Source: Myxococcales bacterium (GTDB lineage: Bacteria > Myxococcota_A > Polyangia > Fen-1088). Taken from it: a stretch of DNA of 64,000 bases. The stretch covers positions 11,520 through 75,519 of the forward strand of contig JANPFD010000221.1 in assembly GCA_031423255.1 (NCBI GenBank), written 5' to 3'. The position numbers and the translations under genes were made by a program. Positions 11,108 to 19,447 of the stretch are shown here, one piece after another. Every line of letters starts with the position of its first letter. Position 1 is the stretch's first letter. The notes under the pieces are model-generated. The model worked only from the letters and a program-made list of their open reading frames with translations. It was not told the DNA's origin and searched no databases.

Positions 11108-11380
11108 ATGGCCACGGTTCGCATCCCCACGCCGCTGCGGAAGCTGACGAACGGCAAGGAAGAGGTCAGCGCCACGGGCGCCACGATCGGCGACATCATC
11201 GCCAGCCTGGAGACACAGTTTCCCGGCATCAAGGATCGCATCTGCGACGAGGGCGGCAAGGTCCGCCGCTTCGTCAACATCTTCGCCAACGACGAGGACA
11301 TCCGGTTCCTGAAGAACCTGGAGACGCCGGTCAAGGACTCGGACGAGATCTCGATCGTTCCTGCCATCGCGGGGGGGTGA
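11108..11380 (+). CDS. MoaD/ThiS/CysO-family ubiquitin-like sulfur carrier
   Basis: VRIPTPLR, RRFVNIFAN, C-terminal PAIAGG; AAGGAG SD. Confidence 0.92.
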   Translation: MATVRIPTPLRKLTNGKEEVSATGATIGDIIASLETQFPGIKDRICDEGGKVRRFVNIFANDEDIRFLKNLETPVKDSDEISIVPAIAGG

Positions 11381-11682
11381 TGCCGCTGGACCTGGCCGCG
11401 GTCCGTCGATACGCGCGGCAGATCGCCTTGCCGTTCGTGGGCGCGTCGGGGCAGGAGCGCATCCTCGCGGCCGAGGTCGCCGTGGTGGGGCAGACGGCCG
11501 AGCTGTACCTCAAGGCCGCGGGCGTGGGCTGCGTGCGGAGAATTGCCGCGGAGAACACCGGCCGCCCGGAGTTGCAGGTGCTGGCCGGCGCGCTGGCGGC
11601 GACGGAGCAGCTCTGGGCCATCCTCGAAGACCGCCCGCCACGGTCTTTCAGCGTCGTCGACGGCGAGGCGGTCATCGAATGA
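11380..11682 (+). CDS. Degenerate miniature ThiF/MoeB-like protein (inactive E1 subunit candidate)
   Basis: RRYARQIALPFVGASGQERI, LYLKAAGVG and AGALAATE retained; P-loop, SNLxRQ and Cys motifs absent; overlaps both neighbours. Confidence 0.75.
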   Translation: MPLDLAAVRRYARQIALPFVGASGQERILAAEVAVVGQTAELYLKAAGVGCVRRIAAENTGRPELQVLAGALAATEQLWAILEDRPPRSFSVVDGEAVIE

Positions 11683-12647
11683 GCGCGATCGACGAGGAAG
11701 CCGTCGCGCGCGCCAGGCGCCGCGTTGCCGAGACCGTCAGTCAGCTCATCGGCAACACCCCTCTCGTGCGGCTGCGCCTGTTCGATCGCGAGTTGCCCAA
11801 CATCGAGATCTGGGCCAAGTGTGAGTTCATGAACCCGGGCGGCTCGGTGAAGGACAGAGCCGCGCACCAGATGATCCAGGATGCGCTCGCAAGCGGCGAG
11901 CTGACGCCCGACAAGGAGATCATCGACTCGTCCAGCGGCAACACCGGGATCGCCTACTCGCTCATCGGCAGGGCCCTCGGCTACAAGGTGACGCTGGTGC
12001 TACCGAAGAACGTCTCCTGGGCGCGGCGGAAGATCAGCGAGGCGTTCGGGACGAAGCTGGTGTTCTCGAGCCCGCTCGAGGGATCCGACGGCGCCATCCG
12101 ACTGTGCCGCGAGCTGGTCGACGCGAACCCGCAGAAGTACTACTACCCGAACCAGTACGGCAACGAGTCGAACCCGCGCGGCCACTACGAGACCACGGGC
12201 AAGGAGATCTGGGAGCAGACCGGGGGCCGGGTCACCCACTTCGTCGCCGGCATCGGCACCAGCGGCACGGTGATGGGCACGGGGCGCCGGCTCAAGGCGT
12301 ACCGGCGCGAGATCGAGGTCTACGCGCTGGAGCCGGACGACGCGCTCCACGGGCTCGAGGGCCTCAAGCACATGGCCAGCTCGATCGTCCCCGAGATCTA
12401 CCACCCCGAGGAACTGGACGGCGTCATCCCGATGTCCACCGACGAGGCGTGGGACGTCAGCGAGCGCCTGGCGCGCGAGGAGGGCATTCTGGTCGGGCAC
12501 TCGTCGGGCGGCGCGCTGGCCGGCGCGGTGCGGATCGCCCGCAAGCTGGTGGCCGCCGGCAAGCCGGGCGTGATCGTGACGGTGTTCCCCGACAGAGCCG
12601 ACCGTTACTTCGAGCCGCCGATGGTCACCCAGGCGGGGGCGGCATGA
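11679..12647 (+). CDS. cysM: Cysteine synthase B / CysM-like sulfhydrylase
   Basis: NPGGSVKDR, SSSGNTG, NQYGNESN, GIGTSGT, HGLEGLKH; lies between the sulfur carrier and the JAB peptidase. Confidence 0.85.
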   Translation: MSAIDEEAVARARRRVAETVSQLIGNTPLVRLRLFDRELPNIEIWAKCEFMNPGGSVKDRAAHQMIQDALASGELTPDKEIIDSSSGNTGIAYSLIGRALGYKVTLVLPKNVSWARRKISEAFGTKLVFSSPLEGSDGAIRLCRELVDANPQKYYYPNQYGNESNPRGHYETTGKEIWEQTGGRVTHFVAGIGTSGTVMGTGRRLKAYRREIEVYALEPDDALHGLEGLKHMASSIVPEIYHPEELDGVIPMSTDEAWDVSERLAREEGILVGHSSGGALAGAVRIARKLVAAGKPGVIVTVFPDRADRYFEPPMVTQAGAA

Positions 12648-13102
12648 CGATCCTGTCACCGGAGGCGCTGCACGAGATCTACGCCCAGGCACGCCGCGAG
12701 TACCCGAAGGAATGCTGCGGGATGGTGTTCGGTCCGCGTGGCCACGATGCCGCCGACAAGGTGCGGCCCTGCGTGAACACGCAGGATCAGTTGCACGCCG
12801 ACGATCCTATCACCCACACGCGCGACGCGCGCACCGCCTACAACCTGGGTGCCGGCGATCTGTTCGCGCTGCAGAAGAGCCTGCGCGGGGACAACCCGGC
12901 GAAGATCGTCTACCACTCGCACGTGGAGGTCGGCGCTTACTTCAGCGACACCGATCAGGCGGCGGCACAGATGGACGGGGAACCGGCCTACCCCGTCGAG
13001 TATGTCGTGGTCGACATCAGGGCGGACGGGCCCCACGGGGCGGCGCAGTTCGTCTGGGACGACACCCAGAAAAAATACGTCGAGGTCCGTCGCTACCCGT
13101 GA
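12644..13102 (+). CDS. JAB/MPN+ (M67, Mec-like) metallopeptidase
   Basis: YPKECCG and YHSH...YFSDTD JAMM motif. Confidence 0.9.
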   Translation: MTILSPEALHEIYAQARREYPKECCGMVFGPRGHDAADKVRPCVNTQDQLHADDPITHTRDARTAYNLGAGDLFALQKSLRGDNPAKIVYHSHVEVGAYFSDTDQAAAQMDGEPAYPVEYVVVDIRADGPHGAAQFVWDDTQKKYVEVRRYP

Positions 13103-14373
13103 AGGACGAGGAATCGAGGACGCCGGCGCCCGTGCGCCGCGTGACGATACCGGCTGCGGTGGCTCCGCTGCTGCTCCAGTTCCCCGAGCTCGACTCGCGC
13201 ATCTGGATGCTGGCGGTGGCGCGATTCATCGTCACCGCCGGCTTCTCGGTGGTCATGCCGTTCCTCGCCATGCACCTGGCGGTCGAGCGCCACGTGCCGG
13301 TGCTTCAGATCGGGGTGCTGTGGACGATCGTCGGCGTGTCCGGCTCGATCATGCAGGGGGTGGCGGGCGAGGTGGCGGATCGCATTGGCCGGCGGCCCGT
13401 GATGATAGCGGCGATGCTGCTCCGCTCGCTGAACCTGGCGGGCCTGGGGTACGCCATCGGAACCGACGCGCCCTTCGCGGTGGTCGGCGCCCTGTGTGTC
13501 ATCAACGGAGCGATGCGGGCGTTCTACGACCCGGTGGCGTCCGCGGTGGTCGCTTCGCTGGCGTCACCCGACGAGCGCGTGGCCGCCTTCTCGCTCCACC
13601 GCGTGGGCTCCAGCCTGGGCTGGGCGGCGGGGCCGCTGGTGGCCACCCTCGCCTCCAGCGTGCCGTACAGCGTGCTGTTCTACGCCTGCGCGCCGCTGAC
13701 GCTGCTGGCGGTGATACCGGCGGCGATCATTCCCGAGACCCGCGGCGAGCGGCCGCCGAAGAAGGTGCGCGTGGCAGACATCGTCGCCTTCCGCCGGGAT
13801 CGCATCTTCGTCCGGTTCCTCTGGGCGACATTCGCGTTTTACCTGATGCAAACGCAGATGTACCACATCATGGCGATCTACGCGGCCAAGTACCTGGACC
13901 TCACGCGCGCCCAGGTCGGCACGTTGTTCACCCTGAACGGGATCATGGTGGTGCTGTTCCAGTTGCCGGCGGTGCGCTTCATTCGCCAGGTCGGCACGCG
14001 GGGTGCGCTGGTGGCCGGATCACTCGGCTATCTGGTCGCCTATGCAGCTTGCGGCCAGGTCACCGGCTATCTCGCGCTCCTGCCGTGCGTGGCGCTCATC
14101 ACCTTGTGCGAGATCTTCAGCGCTCCGGCGCAGCAGGCGGCGGTCACCGCCCTCGCCCCGCCCCATCGCGTGGCGGCCTACTCGGGCGTTTACGGACTGA
14201 TCCAGGGCGCCGCACAGACCGTCGGCCCGATCCTGGGGACGTTCCTGATCGCCACCTTCCGCCCATCAGTAGCCTGGATGATGCTCGCATCCTTGGGTCT
14301 GGTGGCAGCCTGGGGCTACCGGCCGCGGCCAGGCGGCACCGTTGGCCAGGCGACGCTCACACCCTGGCGCTAG
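13099..14373 (+). CDS. MFS transporter
   Basis: About 12 hydrophobic segments, motif A GEVADRIGRR; start approximate. Confidence 0.88.
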   Translation: MKDEESRTPAPVRRVTIPAAVAPLLLQFPELDSRIWMLAVARFIVTAGFSVVMPFLAMHLAVERHVPVLQIGVLWTIVGVSGSIMQGVAGEVADRIGRRPVMIAAMLLRSLNLAGLGYAIGTDAPFAVVGALCVINGAMRAFYDPVASAVVASLASPDERVAAFSLHRVGSSLGWAAGPLVATLASSVPYSVLFYACAPLTLLAVIPAAIIPETRGERPPKKVRVADIVAFRRDRIFVRFLWATFAFYLMQTQMYHIMAIYAAKYLDLTRAQVGTLFTLNGIMVVLFQLPAVRFIRQVGTRGALVAGSLGYLVAYAACGQVTGYLALLPCVALITLCEIFSAPAQQAAVTALAPPHRVAAYSGVYGLIQGAAQTVGPILGTFLIATFRPSVAWMMLASLGLVAAWGYRPRPGGTVGQATLTPWR

Positions 14374-15155
14374 TTACACGCCTGGAGGGCGCCCGAGGTG
14401 AAGCCCTTGCGGAACGCCGCCACGCGCTGGGCAGAGCTGCCGTGGGTGAAGGATTCCGGGACCACGCGCCCGCGCGTCTTGCGCTGGAGGGTGTCGTCGC
14501 CGATGGCAGAAGCCGCGCCCAGCGCCTCATCGATGTCGCCCGGCTCCACCACCTTCTTCGCGCGGTCGGCGTGGTTGGCCCAGACGCCCGCCAGGCAGTC
14601 GGCCTGCAACTCGAACTCGACCGAGGCCTGGTTCGTCCGCGGATGCGACGCTCCGAGCAACGTCTGCACGTGATGCCCGACCTCGTGAGCCACGACGTAG
14701 GCCTGGGCGAAGTCGCCGGGCGCGCCGAATCGACGGTCGAGCTCGTGAAAGAAGCCGACGTCGAGATACACTTTTCGATCCATCGGACAGTAGAACGGGC
14801 CCATCGCCGAACCGGCCATCCCACACGCGGACTCGACCCCTTCGCTGAACATGACCAGGCGCGGGGGCTCGTAGCGCTTGCCCGCGGCCCTGAAGAGACT
14901 GGTCCAGGCATCCTCCGTGTCGGCCAGAACCACCGAGACGAAGTCCGCCTGGCGATCTTCGGCTGGGCTCGTCTCGCGATGCTCCTGGGTGACCTCACCG
15001 CCACCGCCCACCATGTCGATCAGCGCCTTGGGCGCACCCACCAGCGCCAGAATCAGCGCCACGACTGCGGCGCCACCGCCCGCGGCTCCGCGTCGAAATG
15101 CGACGCCTCGACGATCATCGACGTTGACACTGCGACGCCCGGTTTCCCAACGCAT
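14370..15155 (-). CDS. Neutral zinc metallopeptidase, YpfJ-like
   Basis: GPFYCP, DFAQAYVVAHEVGHHVQ, ELQADCLAG, FTHGSSAQR. Confidence 0.9.
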   Translation of the reverse strand: MRWETGRRSVNVDDRRGVAFRRGAAGGGAAVVALILALVGAPKALIDMVGGGGEVTQEHRETSPAEDRQADFVSVVLADTEDAWTSLFRAAGKRYEPPRLVMFSEGVESACGMAGSAMGPFYCPMDRKVYLDVGFFHELDRRFGAPGDFAQAYVVAHEVGHHVQTLLGASHPRTNQASVEFELQADCLAGVWANHADRAKKVVEPGDIDEALGAASAIGDDTLQRKTRGRVVPESFTHGSSAQRVAAFRKGFTSGALQACN

Positions 15156-15178
15156 ACCGAGAATGTAAGCACGACACG

Positions 15179-16153
15179 TCAGGGGAGGAGGACCGTCGAA
15201 CCGACGGTCTTGCGCGCCTCCAGGGCCGTGTGGGCGGCCACAGCGTCGCGAAGCGGGAAGCTCTGCGCCGTGTGGATCCGTATCTTGCCAGACACCACCA
15301 CGGCGAATAGCTCCGCGGACATGGCGCGCAGCGCATCCCGGGTGCCGGCGTAGCCGAACAGCGTCGGCCTGGTCAGGAACAAAGAGCCCTTGGCGCTGAG
15401 CTGGATCACGTCGAACGGCGGCACCGAACCGGAGGCCTGCCCGAACGACACCATCAGGCCCCGCGGCTGCAGGCAGTCGAGCGAGCGATCGAATGTGTCC
15501 TTGCCGATGCCGTCGTACACCACCCGCACGCCGCGGCCGCCGGTCAGGTCCTTGACCCGCGCCACCACGTCATCACGGCCGTGAAGCAACACGTGATCGC
15601 AGCCGTTGGCCCGGGCGAGCTTTGCTTTGTCCTCGCTGCCGACCGTTCCGATCACCGTGGCACCCAGGTGCTTGGCCCACTGGCAGGCGATGAGTCCGAC
15701 TCCACCGGCCGCAGCGTGGAACAGGATGGGATCGCCGGGCTTCACCTCGTACGTCTGCCGCAGCAGGTACTGGGCGGTCAGCCCCTTCAACATCATCGAC
15801 GCCGCTGTCCGGTCGTCGACGCCGTCCGGGACTTTCACCAGCTTGTCGACGGGGACCAGCCGCTCCTCGGAATAGGCGCCCACCGGAGCGGTGGCGTACG
15901 CAACGCGGTCGCCGACCTTCAACTCGGTCACGCCCTCGCCGACAGCCAGCACCACTGCCGCTCCCTCGGTGCCGGGTGTGAACGGCAACGGCTGCTTGTA
16001 GAGGCCACTGCGGTGGTAGGTGTCGATGAAATTGACGCCCACGGCGGTGTGACGAACGCGCGCTTCACCCGGACCGGGCGCGCCGATCGGCAACTCCTCC
16101 CACGTGAGGACGTCAGGACCACCCGTTCGATGAACTCGGATCGCTTTGGGCAT
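15179..16153 (-). CDS. qor: NADPH:quinone oxidoreductase (zeta-crystallin family)
   Basis: GVNFIDTY, HAAAGGVG, VSFGQASG, KGSLFLTRPTL. Confidence 0.9.
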   Translation of the reverse strand: MPKAIRVHRTGGPDVLTWEELPIGAPGPGEARVRHTAVGVNFIDTYHRSGLYKQPLPFTPGTEGAAVVLAVGEGVTELKVGDRVAYATAPVGAYSEERLVPVDKLVKVPDGVDDRTAASMMLKGLTAQYLLRQTYEVKPGDPILFHAAAGGVGLIACQWAKHLGATVIGTVGSEDKAKLARANGCDHVLLHGRDDVVARVKDLTGGRGVRVVYDGIGKDTFDRSLDCLQPRGLMVSFGQASGSVPPFDVIQLSAKGSLFLTRPTLFGYAGTRDALRAMSAELFAVVVSGKIRIHTAQSFPLRDAVAAHTALEARKTVGSTVLLP

Positions 16154-16179
16154 CAGTGGGGCATAGTATAAGCACTCCC

Positions 16180-17202
16180 GTGGACCCTCTGTTCCTGCGC
16201 GCATGCCGAGGTGAAGCGACACCGCGGCCGCCCCTGTGGCTGATGCGACAGGCGGGGCGCTATCTGCCCGAGTACCGCGAGGTGCGCCAGCGCGTCTCGT
16301 TCCTGGAACTGTGCAAGAACCCGGCGCTGGCCACCGAGGTGACCCTGCAGCCGATCCGGCGCTTCGGGTTCGACGCCGCCATCCTTTTTTCGGATCTGCT
16401 GATCCCCCTGGAGGCGATGGGGTTGCCGGTCGCGTTCACCGAGCAGGGGCCGACCATCGACGCGCCCGTGCGCACGCCCGCCGATCTCGAGCGCCTCGAG
16501 GTGTTCGATCCGGCGCAGAAGACCCCGTTCGTGCTCGAAACCATCAAGCAGCTGCGCCTTGCGCTGGGTGAGACGCCACTCGTCGGCTTTGCGGGCGCGC
16601 CTTTCACCGTCGCCACCTACGCCATCGAGGGCAAGACCGGCAAGCGGTTCTCTGAAACGAAGGGCTTCTTTTACCGGCATCCGGACGCGGCGCGGAAGCT
16701 GCTGGCGGTGATCGGGGACGCCACGGCGCGGTACCTGAAGGCGCAGGTGGAGGCCGGCGCGCAGGTGATCCAGATCTTCGATTCGTGGCTGGGAGCGGCC
16801 TCGCCCGAAGACTGGGAAGAATTCATCGCCGAGCCGACGACGGCGCTGGTGCAGGCGGTCAGGAGCGCGGGCGTGCCCGTCATCTACTTCCCGCACGGCG
16901 CGACGACGCTGCTCGACCGGATCGCGCGCGTGAAGGCGGACGTGTACGGCATCGACTGGCGCCTGCCGCTCGACGAGGCGCGCGCGCGGCTGGCGGCCGG
17001 GGGCATGCCGGAGGCAGTGGTGCAAGGGAACCTCGATCCGGCGGTGCTGCTCGGCCCGGCCGAGCGCATCCGGCAGCAGGTGGCGGACGTCCTGCGGCGG
17101 GGCGGCGGGCAGGGACACATCTTCAATCTGGGCCACGGCATCTATCCCGAGACTCCGGTCGAGAACGTCGAGGTCCTGGTCGAGGCCATCCAGGAAGGAT
17201 GA
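16180..17202 (+). CDS. hemE: Uroporphyrinogen decarboxylase
   Basis: WLMRQAGRYLPEY, DAAILFSD, QIFDSW, QGNLDP, IFNLGHG. Confidence 0.95.
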   Translation: MDPLFLRACRGEATPRPPLWLMRQAGRYLPEYREVRQRVSFLELCKNPALATEVTLQPIRRFGFDAAILFSDLLIPLEAMGLPVAFTEQGPTIDAPVRTPADLERLEVFDPAQKTPFVLETIKQLRLALGETPLVGFAGAPFTVATYAIEGKTGKRFSETKGFFYRHPDAARKLLAVIGDATARYLKAQVEAGAQVIQIFDSWLGAASPEDWEEFIAEPTTALVQAVRSAGVPVIYFPHGATTLLDRIARVKADVYGIDWRLPLDEARARLAAGGMPEAVVQGNLDPAVLLGPAERIRQQVADVLRRGGGQGHIFNLGHGIYPETPVENVEVLVEAIQEG

Positions 17203-18161
17203 CGGTCGGGGTCGTCGCCCTGAACCTGGGCGGACCGGGGTCGCTGGACGACGTCGAGCCGTTCTTGCGGAACCTCTTTTCCGATCCTCTGGTGGTCGAC
17301 CTCGGCTGGGCGCGGCCGCTGCAACCGCTGTTCGCGCGCATGGTGGCGAGCCGTCGCGCGCCCAGCTCGCGGGAGGTGTACCGCCAGATCGGAGGGCGCT
17401 CGCCAATCGCCGAGGAGTCGGCGGCTCAGGCGGCGGCCGTGGCCCGGGCCCTGGAGGAGCGCGGTCTTTCCGCGCGGCCGTACACCGCCATGGCCGCCTG
17501 GCGACCGAATGCAGAGCAGGCGGTAGCGGCGATGCGCGCCGATGGCATCCAGCGCGCGATCGCCTTGCCGCTTTACCCGCACGAGTCGCGCGCCACCACC
17601 GGGTCCTCCTTCCACCAGCTCGCGCGAGCGGCCGACGGCACCCTGGAGGTGGCCTGGATCCGGCGCTATCCCGACGCTCCCGGCTACGTGGAGGCGGTCG
17701 TCGATCGCCTGCGCGACGCGATGGCGACCGTCCCCGAGGGCACGACGGTCCTGTTCTCGGCACACGGCCTGCCCGAATCGTACATCCGTGGTGGCGATCC
17801 CTATCTCGACGACATCCGGACCACCGTTGGCGCCGTGGCACGACGGCTGGGCCTGGGCGCACGCGCGCAGCTGGCTTTCCAGAGCCGTGTTGGCCGGCAG
17901 AAGTGGCTTGGCCCCTACACCGAGGAGGCGCTGGACCGTCTGGCCGACGAGGGCGCGACCGCCGTCGTGGTCTGTCCCATCGCCTTCACCGGCGAGCACG
18001 TCGAGACCCTCCAGGAGATCGACATTCTTTACCGCGAGCGCGCCCAGAAGCGTGGCATCCGGAACTTTGCCCGCGCAAGGACTGTCGGCTTGCACCCCGC
18101 GTTCATCGGCGCCCTGGCGGATCTGGCTCTGGCGGCCGCGCGCGAAAGAGGCTGGACGTGA
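17199..18161 (+). CDS. hemH: Ferrochelatase
   Basis: LNLGGP, LPLYP, LFSAHGLP, FQSRVG..KWL.P, EHVETLQEID. Confidence 0.93.
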   Translation: MTVGVVALNLGGPGSLDDVEPFLRNLFSDPLVVDLGWARPLQPLFARMVASRRAPSSREVYRQIGGRSPIAEESAAQAAAVARALEERGLSARPYTAMAAWRPNAEQAVAAMRADGIQRAIALPLYPHESRATTGSSFHQLARAADGTLEVAWIRRYPDAPGYVEAVVDRLRDAMATVPEGTTVLFSAHGLPESYIRGGDPYLDDIRTTVGAVARRLGLGARAQLAFQSRVGRQKWLGPYTEEALDRLADEGATAVVVCPIAFTGEHVETLQEIDILYRERAQKRGIRNFARARTVGLHPAFIGALADLALAAARERGWT

Positions 18162-19447
18162 AGATCGCCGTCGTGGGCGGCGGCATCTCGGGCCTGGTCA
18201 CTGCCCACCGCCTGATGCGCGAGGGGCACGACGTGGTCTGCTTCGAGGCCGATCGTCCCGGAGGCCTGCTGCGCACCGAGAAGCGCGATGGCTTCCTGTG
18301 TGAGGTCGGACCGCAGGGGATCCTCGACGGCTCGCCCGAGGTAAAGAAACTACTCGCGGAGCTGGGGCTCACCAGCATCCCATCATCGCCGGCAGCGCGT
18401 TCGCGCTACGTGTTCGTGAAGCGGAAGCTCCGGCGCGTTCCCACGGGGCCGCTGTCGCTGCTGACCTCGGATCTCCTGTCGGCGTCGGGGAAATGGCGCC
18501 TGATGCGCGAGCCCAAGGTGCCACCGCGCACGATGGAGCCCGACGAGGACGAATCGGTGCTGGATTTCGCCATCCGCCGCGCAGGACCGGAGGTGGCCGC
18601 GCTGGTGACACCTGCGGTGCTCGGCATCTTCGCGGGCGATGCCGCCGTTCTGTCGCTCAGGAGCGCGTTCCCGAAGGTGGCGTCCCTGGAGACCGAGCAC
18701 GGCAGCGTATTGCGTGGGATCGAGTCCACCCGTCGCACCGCCGCCTCCTCCGGGACGCTGGTGTCCTTCGCCGAGGGGATCGAGGAGTTGCCCCGAGCGC
18801 TCGCACGCCGCCTGGGCGACCGGTTGGTCACGACGCGCGTGCAGAATTTACGGCGCGAGGGAAGTCAGTGGCGGCTGGACGGGCATACGGCGGACGTCGT
18901 CGTGCTGGCCGTCGGTCCCCGCGCCGCGGCGGCGCTGGTGCCGGAAGCGGCGGCCCTCCGCGAGATCCCACTCGCCTCGGTCGCGGTGGTCTGCCTCGGT
19001 TTTCGTCACGCGGCGATCGGCATGAAGCTGGACGCGTACGGGTTCCTCGTGGCGCGGGGCGAGCCGCCGACCATCCTCGGATGCCAGTACGATTCGTCGG
19101 TGTTTCCCGGACGTGCTCCGAAGGGCGGCGTTCTCTTGCGCGTGATCCTGGGGGGCACCTTCGACCCGCGGCTCGTCGATCGCGACGACCGGGCGTTGAT
19201 CGATCACGCCGTCGGTGATCTGCGCCTGGCCGCCGGGTTGACCGCCGTGCCTGCCTTCGCGGCCGTGTGGCGGCACCGCGACGTGATCCCCCAGTACCAC
19301 CTCGGTCACGAGCGCCGCGCCCGCGCCATCGAAGCGGCGCTACCCCCGGGTCTTCATCTGCTGGGCATGTCCCTGCGCGGAGTGGGCATCTCGGACGCGA
19401 TCCGGAACGCGGAGGCGCTCAAGGTGGCGGCGGCGTCAGGCCCATGA
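18158..19447 (+). CDS. hemY: Protoporphyrinogen/coproporphyrinogen oxidase (HemY type)
   Basis: VVGGGISGL, E.GP, YGFLV, SSVFPGRAP, IPQYHLGH, GVGISD; in an operon with hemE-hemH. Confidence 0.9.
   Translation: MKIAVVGGGISGLVTAHRLMREGHDVVCFEADRPGGLLRTEKRDGFLCEVGPQGILDGSPEVKKLLAELGLTSIPSSPAARSRYVFVKRKLRRVPTGPLSLLTSDLLSASGKWRLMREPKVPPRTMEPDEDESVLDFAIRRAGPEVAALVTPAVLGIFAGDAAVLSLRSAFPKVASLETEHGSVLRGIESTRRTAASSGTLVSFAEGIEELPRALARRLGDRLVTTRVQNLRREGSQWRLDGHTADVVVLAVGPRAAAALVPEAAALREIPLASVAVVCLGFRHAAIGMKLDAYGFLVARGEPPTILGCQYDSSVFPGRAPKGGVLLRVILGGTFDPRLVDRDDRALIDHAVGDLRLAAGLTAVPAFAAVWRHRDVIPQYHLGHERRARAIEAALPPGLHLLGMSLRGVGISDAIRNAEALKVAAASGP

Noticed and set aside
11371-11377. G7 tract at the end of the sulfur carrier gene
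   Set aside because: Simply encodes the conserved Ala-Gly-Gly terminus; no evidence of a programmed frameshift into the mini-E1
11380-11682. Mini-E1 as a decayed moeB pseudogene
   Set aside because: Intact frame, overlaps with both neighbours, and it retains precisely the elements missing from the other E1; not fully excluded without comparative data
9201-13102. E1 + Ubl + JAB as an antiphage ubiquitin-like defence system (CBASS or Bil type)
   Set aside because: No E2, cyclase or effector; the context of cysteine synthases indicates sulfur metabolism
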